This document shows, in pieces, positions 30,194 to 40,484 of a stretch of 63,393 nucleotides of DNA (position 1 is the stretch's first letter; the number at the start of each line of letters is the position of its first letter). The notes beneath the pieces were generated by a model, which saw only the letters and a list, made by a program, of their open reading frames with translations, was not told where the DNA came from and did no database searches. Location: positions 1 to 63,393 of the forward strand of contig CAIRHB010000013.1 in assembly GCA_903878285.1 (NCBI GenBank), given 5' to 3'. The stretch is from Candidatus Adlerbacteria bacterium (lineage in GTDB: Bacteria; Patescibacteriota; Minisyncoccia; Phycocordibacterales; SBAW01). A program made the position numbers and the translations under genes.

Positions 30194-33100
30194 GACAGCT
30201 CGCGTAGCGCGCAGTACTCGCAGCCACACTCGCCACAGCGACGCTCCCAAAACGCAAGGTCGTATATCTCGCGGGCAGTGGCAGCAAGCATCTCACGTAG
30301 CTGTAACACCTCCTCGTCAAGGACGGTAAAGTGCTCGCGATGGTAGCGTCCTTTTGCATCGGGTTCGACAAAATCAATCACACCCTCAAGCATCCGCCAC
30401 GCCTCCCCTGCGGCCGCACCACTGCGGTGTGACTCGAGCAACAACTTATAGAACACCAGCTGACGTTTGTAATCACCGCTGCCGTTCTTGGTCGTGCCCT
30501 CTATCTCGCCACGCGACTTTGGCTTGCCGGTTTTATAGTCGTAGACGACCACCTCGCGCTCGCTCACGAACTCGATTCGGTCGAGAATACCCCGCAGCGA
30601 AATCGACGGTAAGTCGGCGTACGGCAGTGGCAGCGAGACGCCGAGCGTGTACTCGCCGAGCACGCTCTGTTGCCACGAGTGCTGATAGGTGTCGTAGTAG
30701 CCCCCGAGCACCGTCTCGCCTTTTTTCTGTGCTTGCAGGAGATCAAACTCGCTGAACGGTTGCTGCCGTGTCGCTGCCACAAACCGCTCGATAAGCGCCT
30801 CGCGAGACAGCATCGCGCCCGAGCGAATGCTCGAAACCAAATCGCGCAGCGCCGCATGCACCGCGTTGCCAAAGAGCGCGTACTTGTCAGGCGCTTTTGG
30901 GATACGCAACAAATTGCTGTAGAAATAGCGCCATGGACACGCGAGGTAGTTGTTGAGCGCTGTCACGGACAACCCTTGCTCGAGAAAAATCTCACGCAGA
31001 AATGCACTATCTTTGAGCGAGTGCGCAGTCTTTTGCCGCGGAGCGAGCAGCTCTTGCGTCGACACACCAGACTCGAACGCCGCAGTGTCGACCCGCACTA
31101 CACCCTCGCCGAGTTCGTCGATAAACTGGGAGGGCAGCGACGGCGCACCATCCTCGCGTGCAAGTGCGTATGACACCAGCGCCTGGGTGCGCGCACGAGT
31201 GAGCGCCACATAGAACAATCGCCGGTCGTCCTCGAGCGCCGCGTCGGCAGCATCTCCTTCCTTTTGTAAAATGGGCAAATGGAAATATGATTTTTTTGTA
31301 CCACTGCCCCATCGCGCATCTTCGACACCAATAATGTATACATGTTCGAACTCCAACCCCTTTGAGCGATGCACCGTCATCAAGCGCACGCGCTCGGGCG
31401 AGAGCACAGCGCGATCCTTGCGCACCGAGACATCGTGCGCCTCCAGGAGCGCCAAGTAGTTGACCACCTCCGCGAGCGTGTAGCTGTGATGATGCGCGAT
31501 GGCGTCCTTGCACGCGTCGACGAGGCCGTTCACCTTCGCCAACTTTTCTGCGGCATCAGGAAGAAGCAGGATATGCGCGATGTAGCCCGACTCATCAAGC
31601 ATCTTCTCCAGCGCCTCGAGCGCGGGGATATTGCACGCAAGTGTCGCGAACGAGGACAGCAGCGAGAAGAGCGCGCGCAGCTTGGTGGGTTTGGCGATCT
31701 TCGCTGCGCGCAACTGCGCTGTCGAGGAAAGGATCTCTGCGAGCGACAACTTAGACCGGAGGCGATGCCGCGCGAGCTTGTACATCTCGATGGGTGCCAC
31801 ACCGAGAAAATCGGCATGTAGCAAGTCGAACAAGAGTCGCTCCTCGCCAAAGTGCGTGACCGTGCGCATCAGGAGCAGCAGCTTGCGGATGTCGGGGTCG
31901 TGCATAATGTTCTCGTCCGACTCAACCACAAAGGGCACGCCAGTGCGCTCGAGCGCCTCGACCAAGGCAGCCGCGTCGCGGTTGTTGCGATACAGCACGG
32001 CGATCTCCGCGGGCGGCACACCCTCGTCGAGCAGCCGCCGGATGTCGCGCGCGACGAACAGCCGCTCGAGGTCGCTGCGCGAAAACGCACGAACCAAGAC
32101 AGGATACGCCGTCGCAGCAGCAGCGATAAGCGGGATCCGCAGCTCTTTAACAAGCGGCACCTCGGAAGCGCTGCCGCGCGTAATCACCCCTTGTGCTGCA
32201 TCGAGCAAGAGCTGCCCCGAGCGATAGTTTGAGCGCAACTTAATCAGCAATGCGTCCGGATATCGCTTCGTGACATACAAAAAGTTTTGCAGCGACGCGC
32301 CTTGAAAGCGGTAGATCGCCTGCTTTTCATCCCCCACTACAAACAAGTTTGGACTTGGGTGGAAGCTCGATAACAGTTCGAGCAGACGGTTCTGCGCATT
32401 GTTTGCATCCTGATGCTCGTCGGCCAAGAGGTACTGATACTCTTCCTGTAGCAGGAGCAAAAAGTCGGCGTCACTCTGGAGCGCCCGCACCACTTCGAGA
32501 ATCATGTCTTCGAAGTCGTACAGCCGCCGCGTGGCGAGCTCTTTTTCATATCGCTCAAACACGCGCACCAGCTCACGGGTGCGGGCAATTTTGTCGAGCA
32601 GCGTCTGGTACATACCCTTCACCTTTCCTTTGTATGCACCTTTTGTGTGGATAAAATCTGGCTCGGCGCGGATACGCTCGTCTTCTCGCATCAATAACAC
32701 CGACACGTCGTCGGGTGAGATATTCTCGCGCTTGAGCGAGGAGATCGCCGAGAGCGCTGGGCGCAGGTAAAACAGCGGGTCGCCAAACGGGCGCAAGATG
32801 TCCAACTCCTCGCTCTTGATAATCTCCTCAAACAGCAGCACGCGGTCGATGTCGCTGATACTCTGCGAACCGATGATGCGCGGGAAGCGCTCGGGGTAGC
32901 GCTGTATCACGTCGTTGCAAAAGCCGTGGAAGGTGTGGATGTGGATGCGGTACGCGGGCGAGCCGACGATATCGACGAGGCGGCGGCGCATTGCAAACGC
33001 TGCCGATTCAGTAAAGGTGAGCGCGAGTATCGCGTCCGGCGGCGTATCCGTTTTCTGCAAAATATTCGCGATCCGTAGTGTCAGGATCTGCGTCTTGCCT

Positions 33101-33240
33101 GTCCCTGGGCCCGCTATTACTACCACCGGCCCCTCCGTCGTATCCACCGCGAGCTTTTGCTCGGGGTTGAGCTTCCGATATAACGTCGAAAACGTCCCGC
33201 TGTGCAGAGCTTTCTTCTTCCCTGTCTTCACCGCCGCCAT
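30190..33240 (-). CDS. UvrD/PcrA-like helicase fused to PD-(D/E)XK nuclease (AddA/Adn-like)
   Basis: AGPGTGKT, DEHQD, GDEKQAIYRFQG, TVHRSKGLEF, YVALTRA; C-terminal GILDRI..DYKTG with Cys cluster (CP...C..C..C.YC). Confidence 0.93.
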   Translation of the reverse strand: MAAVKTGKKKALHSGTFSTLYRKLNPEQKLAVDTTEGPVVVIAGPGTGKTQILTLRIANILQKTDTPPDAILALTFTESAAFAMRRRLVDIVGSPAYRIHIHTFHGFCNDVIQRYPERFPRIIGSQSISDIDRVLLFEEIIKSEELDILRPFGDPLFYLRPALSAISSLKRENISPDDVSVLLMREDERIRAEPDFIHTKGAYKGKVKGMYQTLLDKIARTRELVRVFERYEKELATRRLYDFEDMILEVVRALQSDADFLLLLQEEYQYLLADEHQDANNAQNRLLELLSSFHPSPNLFVVGDEKQAIYRFQGASLQNFLYVTKRYPDALLIKLRSNYRSGQLLLDAAQGVITRGSASEVPLVKELRIPLIAAAATAYPVLVRAFSRSDLERLFVARDIRRLLDEGVPPAEIAVLYRNNRDAAALVEALERTGVPFVVESDENIMHDPDIRKLLLLMRTVTHFGEERLLFDLLHADFLGVAPIEMYKLARHRLRSKLSLAEILSSTAQLRAAKIAKPTKLRALFSLLSSFATLACNIPALEALEKMLDESGYIAHILLLPDAAEKLAKVNGLVDACKDAIAHHHSYTLAEVVNYLALLEAHDVSVRKDRAVLSPERVRLMTVHRSKGLEFEHVYIIGVEDARWGSGTKKSYFHLPILQKEGDAADAALEDDRRLFYVALTRARTQALVSYALAREDGAPSLPSQFIDELGEGVVRVDTAAFESGVSTQELLAPRQKTAHSLKDSAFLREIFLEQGLSVTALNNYLACPWRYFYSNLLRIPKAPDKYALFGNAVHAALRDLVSSIRSGAMLSREALIERFVAATRQQPFSEFDLLQAQKKGETVLGGYYDTYQHSWQQSVLGEYTLGVSLPLPYADLPSISLRGILDRIEFVSEREVVVYDYKTGKPKSRGEIEGTTKNGSGDYKRQLVFYKLLLESHRSGAAAGEAWRMLEGVIDFVEPDAKGRYHREHFTVLDEEVLQLREMLAATAREIYDLAFWERRCGECGCEYCALRELS

Positions 33241-33295
33241 GCGCGCAGTATAGCACTTTGTGCAGAAACTACTCTAAAACGGTATACTGATAGGC

Positions 33296-34477
33296 ATGAA
33301 AAATCCGCCGCCATGCGCGCAGTGTGGGAGCGACCCGGTGTCGCATCGCGTCGAATATATTTCGCACACGCTCGACCTCTTGCTCCAACCCGTAGTCAAG
33401 CGCTGGCTGCGCGCAATGAGCACTATTGTCCCGCACAGCAGCGGAAGGCGGAGCGTCGGTATTTATGAGTGGCTCGTGCGGCGCGGCTGGGGGCAGTTGC
33501 TCGACGAGCCAGACGTAGAGACGCAGCTGCTGCACCAGATGCTGTGGCACGAGGCAAACGCGCGTGGCATCCGCATGCGCGAGTTTCGCCCCTTTAGTAT
33601 GTCGAAGGGTTCGTTTGTCGCGACACTTCCCGATGGGCGCGTGCTCGACTTCGAAGGGCTGCCCCAACCTCCCAACACCAATACGGTGTGGTGGATTGAC
33701 ACCAAGTCGACCCTGCGAAAAAAGTTAGCGCAAGCGGGCATACCCGTTGCCCTCGGCGGCGTTGCGGCGACACGCGCAGGTGCCCGAAGACTGTTCAAAA
33801 AAATCCCGCATCCGGTGATCACTAAGCCGGTGATCGGATCTGCGTCACGACACACGACGATGCATATCACGACCGTGGAAGAGATCGACTGTGCGTTTGA
33901 CATTGCACAACAACTCGCGCCGCTGGTGATTATCGAGCAAGAATTATCGGGTGCGGTATATCGCCCAACCGTGGTTGGTGGGAAACTGATCGCCACCATA
34001 CGCCGCGACCAGCCACACATCGTCGGCGACAGCGAGCACACCGTCGAGCAACTAGTCGCGCACGCGAACACGCACCCCGCGCGGCAAGGTCCGTACTTTC
34101 ACCACATACGAATCGATTCCGACGCGACACAAGAGCTTGCGTACCAAACACTCACGCCGCAAAGTATTCCCGAGAAAAATCGGCGCGTGACGCTGCATCA
34201 AAAAATAAACTGGGGCGTCGGCGGCACCACTACCGACGTCACCGACAACGTCCACCCCGACAACGTCGCGCTGTTTGAAACAGTTGCAGAGATCCTGCGC
34301 GCGCCCGTGGTCGGCATCGACTTTATCATCGACGACATCAGCCGCTCGTGGAAGGAGCAGAAAAACTGTGGCATCATCGAGTGCAACAGCATGCCCTTTT
34401 TCGACAATCACCACCTCCCCTTCGAGGGCACCCCGCGCAACGTGGCAAAACACATTTGGGATTTAGTTGACCGCTAA
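33296..34477 (+). CDS. ATP-grasp protein, cyanophycin synthetase/GshAB-like
   Basis: PVITKP, IIEQEL, R..P.IVGD, GG...DVTD.VHP, GIDFI, IECNSMP. Confidence 0.82.
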   Translation: MKNPPPCAQCGSDPVSHRVEYISHTLDLLLQPVVKRWLRAMSTIVPHSSGRRSVGIYEWLVRRGWGQLLDEPDVETQLLHQMLWHEANARGIRMREFRPFSMSKGSFVATLPDGRVLDFEGLPQPPNTNTVWWIDTKSTLRKKLAQAGIPVALGGVAATRAGARRLFKKIPHPVITKPVIGSASRHTTMHITTVEEIDCAFDIAQQLAPLVIIEQELSGAVYRPTVVGGKLIATIRRDQPHIVGDSEHTVEQLVAHANTHPARQGPYFHHIRIDSDATQELAYQTLTPQSIPEKNRRVTLHQKINWGVGGTTTDVTDNVHPDNVALFETVAEILRAPVVGIDFIIDDISRSWKEQKNCGIIECNSMPFFDNHHLPFEGTPRNVAKHIWDLVDR

Positions 34478-34483
34478 CATCCA

Positions 34484-34502
34484 TCCAAGAGTTACCCTTG
34501 GA
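34484..34502. repeat. Degenerate short palindrome (TCCAAGAGTTACCCTTGGA)
   Basis: TCCAAG/CTTGGA arms between convergent genes; resembles the other (C/A)AAGG..CCTT elements. Confidence 0.45.
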
Positions 34503-34520
34503 CAACCTCCGCCATTACAC

Positions 34521-35066
34521 TTACCCTTGGAGCAAGAACTCTTTGATTTGTGCGAATGGCTTGAGCTGTAGATACGTCAGGCGATCATCCTCCTCGCCCA
34601 GCTGCGCGCGAGTCACGTCGTAGCCATCGGGGATAAAAATCGGATCCCATCCAAAGCCGTCTGTGCCCGCAGGCGTTTCGGCAATCCTCCCGCGCAACTC
34701 ACCTTCGAAATAGCTCTCTACCTCGCCGTCGTAGTAACCAAAGACGCAGCGTGCCACTGCGGCGCGATCCTTGCCGTCTACCAACGCGCACAACTGCGCG
34801 TGCGACAGCTCTTCTTGAAACCATTTGATAAATGTCCCCGGCAGACGCCCGAGCGCCACGAACTCGAGCGACACGTCCTCGACCAAGACCGGCCGCCCGA
34901 CCTTCGCATACGCTTGGCGCACCTTGTGCCGCACCACCTCGCGCAGGTCGAGCGACTGGATCTCGTCAAGATCAACCTTCACATGCTCGACCGGATGCCC
35001 TAAGTATCGCGACAAGTAATCCGCCTTCTTCTGATTGCCAGTGATAAATACAGGGTATTTGGGCAT
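34521..35066 (-). CDS. Ham1/ITPase non-canonical purine NTP pyrophosphatase
   Basis: FITGNQKK, EIQS, VEDVSL, LPGTFIKWF, GFGWDPIF. Confidence 0.92.
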   Translation of the reverse strand: MPKYPVFITGNQKKADYLSRYLGHPVEHVKVDLDEIQSLDLREVVRHKVRQAYAKVGRPVLVEDVSLEFVALGRLPGTFIKWFQEELSHAQLCALVDGKDRAAVARCVFGYYDGEVESYFEGELRGRIAETPAGTDGFGWDPIFIPDGYDVTRAQLGEEDDRLTYLQLKPFAQIKEFLLQG

Positions 35067-35069
35067 GGA

Positions 35070-35582
35070 TTATTTGCGCACATAGCCAAACGCTTGCAGG
35101 CGCTCGGCAATATCTTCATATCTTTTGCCACAGAGCATGCCGCCGGCAATAAACTCCTCTTGCGTTACTTCGGCCAAGAGCCAGCTGGGCGCTACGAACG
35201 CAGCTTTGTCTGCGAGCGTTGTAAACTCGATATCCACGAGCACCAACCCTTGCAACGCATCTTGAAACACGTCGACCTCGTAGTCGATGCCGTTTTCGGC
35301 GTAATAGTAGCGCGTTTTGTGCACACGCTTCCCTTCCAACTTTTCGAGATCGGCAAACTCCTCTGGCGTGAGCGGGATAGTCGTCTCGATTTGATGCGAC
35401 GCGTCACCCTCCTGCACCGCCTGCTTTTTTGTGATTTCGTGAGTAGTCCCCGAGCGGCGGACGCGCAGTTTTGGATGCACCGCACCCGCAGGCAGATAAA
35501 TATCCAGCAACTCTTTCGACTTCGAACCAAACACCCCCGCTGGTAACTCCTTTGGCAAAAATGTCAGTTCAATTTCTTCCAT
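35070..35582 (-). CDS. CYTH-domain protein
   Basis: EIELTFL (ExExK-like), LRVR, KTRY, EVDVF...GLVLVDIEF, EVT. Confidence 0.85.
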   Translation of the reverse strand: MEEIELTFLPKELPAGVFGSKSKELLDIYLPAGAVHPKLRVRRSGTTHEITKKQAVQEGDASHQIETTIPLTPEEFADLEKLEGKRVHKTRYYYAENGIDYEVDVFQDALQGLVLVDIEFTTLADKAAFVAPSWLLAEVTQEEFIAGGMLCGKRYEDIAERLQAFGYVRK

Positions 35583-35611
35583 GTCGGCATTGTAGCACGC
35601 TAGCCAAACGA

Positions 35612-35639
35612 TTGACATACATAGCAGTATTGCTATACT
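35612..35639 (+). promoter_or_regulatory. Sigma70 promoter with operator palindrome for the TA operon
   Basis: TTGACA-16 nt-TATACT with TG extension; ATAGCA-GTAT-TGCTAT inverted repeat at 35621-35636 overlapping the -10. Confidence 0.75.
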
Positions 35640-35679
35640 CAAGCAAGGTCGAAAGTATACACAATATGAGTATGCAAGC

Positions 35680-35991
35680 ATGAAGAAAAAGCATGTAATG
35701 CCGTTCTTTCTTACACACGCGAAAAAGTACCTGGACAGCATCCCTGATGTTGATCGAGGCGCAATTGGGCGGGATATTGGAGCGATTGTAGCTGGCGAAC
35801 TCGCGTTTGTCTCCACAAAACAGCTCAAAGGACCCGTCCGCGAACTGCGAGTTGGTCATCATCGCGTCACCTACTTCACTATCGGCACAAACATCTACTT
35901 TGTCCGCGGATTCCGCAAGAAAAGTGCGAAGACACCGAAGAACGAGATTTTATACGCCGAAAAAATATATAAACAGCTAAAAAGTAACTAG
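35680..35991 (+). CDS. RelE/HigB-family toxin
   Basis: KQLKGPVRELRVGHHRVTYF, GFRKKSAKTPKNEI; upstream of HTH gene. Confidence 0.85.
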   Translation: MKKKHVMPFFLTHAKKYLDSIPDVDRGAIGRDIGAIVAGELAFVSTKQLKGPVRELRVGHHRVTYFTIGTNIYFVRGFRKKSAKTPKNEILYAEKIYKQLKSN

Positions 35992-35997
35992 AAAGAT

Positions 35998-36294
35998 ATG
36001 AAAAAAACAAACGAAATAAAATTATACTCGTTCGACGAGGTCTTTAAGAAAAAGTCCCCTGCGTTTATTCGTGGATATAAAGAAGAGTCGGCACGAATCG
36101 ACTTGGCAAAAAAGATTAAGTTGGAGCGAGAAAAGCAGAAACTCACCCAGCATGTAGTCGCGAAGCGAGCTGCAATGCCGCAGTCGGTCATCGCCCGCCT
36201 CGAAAGCGGCGAACACAGTATCTCCGTCGACACGCTCGGCAAAGTCGCCCACGCGCTCGGAAAACAAATCGACTTAGTCGAAAGTATTGCGTAA
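35998..36294 (+). CDS. XRE/HigA-family HTH antitoxin
   Basis: LTQHVVAKRAAMPQSVIARLESGE..S.DTL.KVA.ALG. Confidence 0.9.
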   Translation: MKKTNEIKLYSFDEVFKKKSPAFIRGYKEESARIDLAKKIKLEREKQKLTQHVVAKRAAMPQSVIARLESGEHSISVDTLGKVAHALGKQIDLVESIA

Positions 36295-36295
36295 C

Positions 36296-36319
36296 CTCCG
36301 CCGAGGTTTAACCTCGGCG
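36296..36319. repeat. REP-like palindrome CTCCGCCGAGGTTTAACCTCGGCG
   Basis: 24 bp identical to 50427-50450 inside trmD. Confidence 0.85.
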
Positions 36320-36341
36320 AGTGAAAAAAACGAATGCGATA

Positions 36342-36360
36342 AGCAAGGCGTCGCCTTGCT
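36342..36360. repeat. REP-like palindrome AGCAAGGCGTCGCCTTGCT
   Basis: 9-bp arms; reverse-complement copy at 36930-36948. Confidence 0.8.
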
Positions 36361-36364
36361 TAGA

Positions 36365-36913
36365 TTAGCGCAGCTCGTACTCCCACCCGGGTTGCCAGGA
36401 TTTTGTTTTGCGCCAGTCGTCGGCGAGAGCTTGCTTCCATGTTTTACCTTTTAGGAGCACATTGAGCGACAATTGTGGTGCTTTGTGCGCCACGATTGCC
36501 ACATGCTTGCCGTCGTAGTTTGCTTTGAGAAATTCAAGGAAATCAGCAACACGAACTTTAACGTCTTCGTAGCTCTCGCCCTCGGGGAATGTATTTTCGA
36601 TACACTCGTCTTCCTGCATCGGCTCGACAATGTCCGACGACGCGCCGTTTAATGTCCCATAGTTACATTCGCGCAGCCGCGCATCAGGAACAATCGGATA
36701 CACGCCATCCCACGCAAGCAGAGCCGACCGGTGCGCACGCTGCAAGTCGGAGCAGAAGACGACATCAAACGCAGCATCTGTAGTCTGCTCTTTCAATTTG
36801 ACCGCTTGTTGCTCGCCGAGCACCGAGAGCTCGGCATCCTTCCAACCAGACGAGACATGCTGCTCGTTGTCAGTCGTGGTGCCGTGGACGAAATAGGTGA
36901 TTTTTACCGACAT
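36365..36913 (-). CDS. Histidine phosphatase (PGM family)
   Basis: VHG(TT) variant of RHG, SDLQRA, RLRECNYG, GES, VAH. Confidence 0.88.
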   Translation of the reverse strand: MSVKITYFVHGTTTDNEQHVSSGWKDAELSVLGEQQAVKLKEQTTDAAFDVVFCSDLQRAHRSALLAWDGVYPIVPDARLRECNYGTLNGASSDIVEPMQEDECIENTFPEGESYEDVKVRVADFLEFLKANYDGKHVAIVAHKAPQLSLNVLLKGKTWKQALADDWRKTKSWQPGWEYELR

Positions 36914-36929
36914 ACTTTTACAATGCGTC

Positions 36930-36948
36930 AGCAAGGCGACGCCTTGCT
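36930..36948. repeat. REP-like palindrome AGCAAGGCGACGCCTTGCT
   Basis: Reverse complement of 36342-36360. Confidence 0.8.
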
Positions 36949-36962
36949 AAAATAAGGATATG

Positions 36963-38339
36963 TTAGTAGCTGCGGAGGCGTTTTGCTTTGTCGTGGGTGC
37001 GGATGCGCTCGAGGGCCTTGGCTTCGATCTGGCGGATGCGCTCGCGGGTGACGCCAAACTTCTTACCCACTTCTTCGAGCGTGTGGTAGATGCCGTCCTC
37101 CAGCCCATGGCGGAGTTTGAGGATCTCGCGCTCTTTGGGAGAGAGTTCGTCGAGGATTTCTTTGAGCTGGTCGGCGAGGATGCGGCGCGAAACCTCTTGG
37201 TCGGGCGAAAGGATTTTGTCGTCTTTGATAAAGTCGCCAAGCACCGACTTGCCGTCCTCGTCGTCCGAGCCCACAGGGCTCTCGAGCGACACCGTGTCCT
37301 GGTCAATTTTTTCTATCTGGTAGATTTTGTCGACATCAACACCCATCTCGAGCGCAATCTCCTCGGCGAGCGGGTCGCGACCGAGATCCTGCGAAAGACG
37401 GCGCGAAACTTGTTTGTACTTAGCGATCGTCTCGACCATGTGCACGGGGATGCGAATCGTGCGCGACTGATCGGCCAATGCGCGGGTGATCGCCTGACGG
37501 ATCCACCACGTCGCGTAAGTCGAAAATTTGTAGCCCTTGGTGTAATCAAACTTGTCGACTGCTTTAAAGAGCCCGAGGTTCCCCTCTTGGATGAGGTCGA
37601 GTAGCGTGAGATCGGGCGAGCGCCCAACATACTTCTTGGCAATCGACACCACGAGGCGCAGGTTGGCGCGCGCGAGGAGGTTGCGTGCCTCGTCCTCGCC
37701 GTCGACGATGCGTTTTGCCAAATCGCGCTCCTGCTGCGCATTGAGCAGCGGGTACTTACCGATCTCGCGCAGGTACATTTGGATCGAGTCGTAGGAGGAG
37801 TCCGAGCGCGAGTAGCCCTTCTCGACCACGTCGTCGTTGATCTCGAGCATGCCGCCGCCCTCGAGCACGTCGATGTGCGCTGAGGCGAACTTCTCGTACA
37901 AGTCCTCGAGAAAGTCGACATCGCTCTCGATGGTCGGGAAGACTTTGAGAATCTCGTCGTAGGTGACAAAGCCGACCGCGCGGCCGCGCACCATCAAGCT
38001 CTCTGCTTTTTTGTTTCGCTCGCTGGCGCCAGCACCGCCTTGGCGTGATGCGTCGCTCGGCTTCTTTGCTGACTTTGCCGCACCCTTGTCAGATGATTTT
38101 GACGCAGCAACTTTCGCCTTCTTTGGCACCAATGCTTGGCGGCGTTTGGTGGCGATATCGCGCAGCTGCTTAGCCCGCCCAGCTACGCTGTTCGGGTAAA
38201 CCCGCCCCAACGTGTTCGGCTTTTTTGCTGATTTAGTAGCGCCTATCTTTCCCTTTGCCTGTGCAGATGACTTAACCGGACGAGCCTTCCCTTTCGTCTT
38301 AGTAATCGCCTTTTTTACCGCCTTTTTTTTGGTCGCCAT
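36963..38339 (-). CDS. rpoD: Primary sigma-70 factor with Lys/Ala-rich N-terminal extension
   Basis: [55 protein letters not shown]. Confidence 0.97.
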   Translation of the reverse strand: MATKKKAVKKAITKTKGKARPVKSSAQAKGKIGATKSAKKPNTLGRVYPNSVAGRAKQLRDIATKRRQALVPKKAKVAASKSSDKGAAKSAKKPSDASRQGGAGASERNKKAESLMVRGRAVGFVTYDEILKVFPTIESDVDFLEDLYEKFASAHIDVLEGGGMLEINDDVVEKGYSRSDSSYDSIQMYLREIGKYPLLNAQQERDLAKRIVDGEDEARNLLARANLRLVVSIAKKYVGRSPDLTLLDLIQEGNLGLFKAVDKFDYTKGYKFSTYATWWIRQAITRALADQSRTIRIPVHMVETIAKYKQVSRRLSQDLGRDPLAEEIALEMGVDVDKIYQIEKIDQDTVSLESPVGSDDEDGKSVLGDFIKDDKILSPDQEVSRRILADQLKEILDELSPKEREILKLRHGLEDGIYHTLEEVGKKFGVTRERIRQIEAKALERIRTHDKAKRLRSY

Positions 38340-38354
38340 AATGTCAGCAGTATA

Positions 38355-40097
38355 TCACAAATATTTCATTTTGTAACGCTCCTTTGCCACCACGCGCCCG
38401 ATATCAGCAAGGAGGTCGGCGGCGATAATCTCCTTAGTCGAATGCTCACCCACCTCGCGGTCAAAGTCAAAGCGGATGCGCTCGGCAATCGGCTCCACCC
38501 GTGCCAACAACGATTGCACCTTCTCCTCCCCCAACAAGACAACTAATTTTATATACTGTTCAGATTCGACACCAAAATTGCACGCGATCATCGCCGCTTT
38601 TTTGAGCATCGGGTCGAGCACGAGTTCTGGCGAGGCATCTGTTCCCTGTTGAGCATCTTGTGCAGATACGGCTCTTGCAGATATTGAACCGGCAGACGCG
38701 ACAGGAGCAGTAGATGACGAATGCGTAGAAGTTGCTGCGCGAGACACTGCTGCAATCCGCGCCGCTTTGGCAATTGCAACCTCTTTGCGTATCGCGCCCA
38801 CATCGCCAAGCCAGCGTGCAGCTATGTTGATAAAATGTTCCTGATCAATCGCACTACTGATTGCCGCGATGAGCGGGATCACCTGGCTCTGCACCTCGCG
38901 TTTGTACGAGCGCTCGTTGAGCCCCTCCTTGAGCATCTCTTTGAGAAAAAACTCGATCGCGGTCTTCGACTCACGGATGATGGCGCGCAATTCGTCGGGG
39001 TTGTCTTTGGCTATGTCCGCAGGATCCTTGCCGTCGGGAAAGCGCGGCACTTTGACATCAAAGCCAGCAGCATACGCCATCAAGGCACTCTTGAGCCCCG
39101 CGCGGATCCCCGCTGCGTCGCCGTCGAGCGCGAGTACCAACCGCTTGGAAAATCTTCCCAACAGCGCCAAGTGTTCGTCGGTCAGCGCCGTGCCCGAGAT
39201 CGCGACCGCAAACGGCAAGCCAGACTGATGCGACAGCACCACGTCGAACTGCCCTTCGACGAGCAAAATACAATCCGCTTTGCGAATCGCATTCTTTGCC
39301 TTGTCGAACCCGTACAACACACGCGACTTTTTAAACAGCAGCGTCTCGGGGCTGTTCACATACTTTGCGGGTTCACTCTTCTGCTCGACACCTTTGATGT
39401 CCTCAAAAAATCTACCAGAGAATGCAATCACGCGACCATTTGCATCACACAGTGGAAACATAATGCGTCCACGGAATCTATCGTATATGTTTGCCTCTCG
39501 GTGCGATTGTTCGTTGTTTACTGTTCCACTTGGCTGCTCATCACGCTGCGAGCGCGCGGCAATCCCTGCGTCAACTATTTCATCTTTCGAGAACCCAACC
39601 GACGCGAGATACTCCGACGCGCTGCGCCACGTCGCGGGCGCGTAGCCGATGCGCCATGCTTTCTTCGTCTCCTCGGTCACGCCGCGCTTCGTGAGATACT
39701 CGCCGACATCAGCTCGCTTCGCTAACTCCTGTTCAAAAAAGATGGTCGCCGCTTCGCACACTTCGCGCAGCCGCTCCTCTTTCTCCACATTCTCTGTCTT
39801 GGGCACGAAGCTATGTTTGAGCACCACGCCCGCGCGGTCGGCGAGATGCTTGAGCGCCGTCCTAAAATCAACACTCTCCATCTTTTGCACAAACGAAAAG
39901 ACATCGCCCTTCTCGCCACAGCCAAAGCAAATATATGTCCCCCGCTCGGGGCTGACATGAAATGACGGCGTCTTCTCTTTGTGGAACGGGCACTTTGCCG
40001 TGTAGGTGCGCCCCGCGCGGTGGAGCTGGACATACTGCCCCACCACCTCGACAATATTTATCTTGTCTTTTATTTCCTGCACCTGCGAATCTTGCAT
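38355..40097 (-). CDS. dnaG: DNA primase
   Basis: CPFHKEKTPSF..CFGC zinc finger, DRFRGRIMFP, KYVNSPET, VEGQFD, DGDAAG. Confidence 0.97.
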   Translation of the reverse strand: MQDSQVQEIKDKINIVEVVGQYVQLHRAGRTYTAKCPFHKEKTPSFHVSPERGTYICFGCGEKGDVFSFVQKMESVDFRTALKHLADRAGVVLKHSFVPKTENVEKEERLREVCEAATIFFEQELAKRADVGEYLTKRGVTEETKKAWRIGYAPATWRSASEYLASVGFSKDEIVDAGIAARSQRDEQPSGTVNNEQSHREANIYDRFRGRIMFPLCDANGRVIAFSGRFFEDIKGVEQKSEPAKYVNSPETLLFKKSRVLYGFDKAKNAIRKADCILLVEGQFDVVLSHQSGLPFAVAISGTALTDEHLALLGRFSKRLVLALDGDAAGIRAGLKSALMAYAAGFDVKVPRFPDGKDPADIAKDNPDELRAIIRESKTAIEFFLKEMLKEGLNERSYKREVQSQVIPLIAAISSAIDQEHFINIAARWLGDVGAIRKEVAIAKAARIAAVSRAATSTHSSSTAPVASAGSISARAVSAQDAQQGTDASPELVLDPMLKKAAMIACNFGVESEQYIKLVVLLGEEKVQSLLARVEPIAERIRFDFDREVGEHSTKEIIAADLLADIGRVVAKERYKMKYL

Positions 40098-40140
40098 AGA
40101 TGCCTCCATTCTAGCCGCTTTCTCCCCTCCGCGCAGGTAC

Positions 40141-40170
40141 TTGACAAATATCCACCACTGGGTTTATACT
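40141..40170 (+). promoter_or_regulatory. Sigma70 promoter of orphan gene 40229
   Basis: TTGACA-18 nt-TATACT. Confidence 0.65.
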
Positions 40171-40228
40171 GTGTAGCGAACGAGTACAGTCGCCTGTATC
40201 GTACAGGCACAACAGCGGAGGATGCGAC

Positions 40229-40477
40229 ATGACGAAGCAAGTGAGTTACGGATTTTGCGGCTTCACGATTGAAGTCAAGACATTCGAGGGGGCACGACGT
40301 GCTTGTGGGTGGGTCACACAAATTGCGAGCACCCACAGCAACGGCATTCCACCACAGATCACGATAATTCCGTTTCCTGCGCCGGAAGGAGGCAGAGGGA
40401 TGCACGTTATCCTGTGGGCTCCTGTCGGAGAACACGCGGATATTATTTTGTCCTCGTGCGACCACGACGAAAACTGA
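40229..40477 (+). CDS. Small orphan protein (82 aa)
   Basis: Own promoter, GGAGG SD before ATG, hairpin terminator directly after stop. Confidence 0.6.
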   Translation: MTKQVSYGFCGFTIEVKTFEGARRACGWVTQIASTHSNGIPPQITIIPFPAPEGGRGMHVILWAPVGEHADIILSSCDHDEN

Positions 40478-40484
40478 TACGCCA

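Noticed and set aside
36296..36948. Clustered palindromes as a CRISPR array or integron attC sites
   Set aside because: Different sequences, irregular spacing, too short for attC, and no cas or integrase gene
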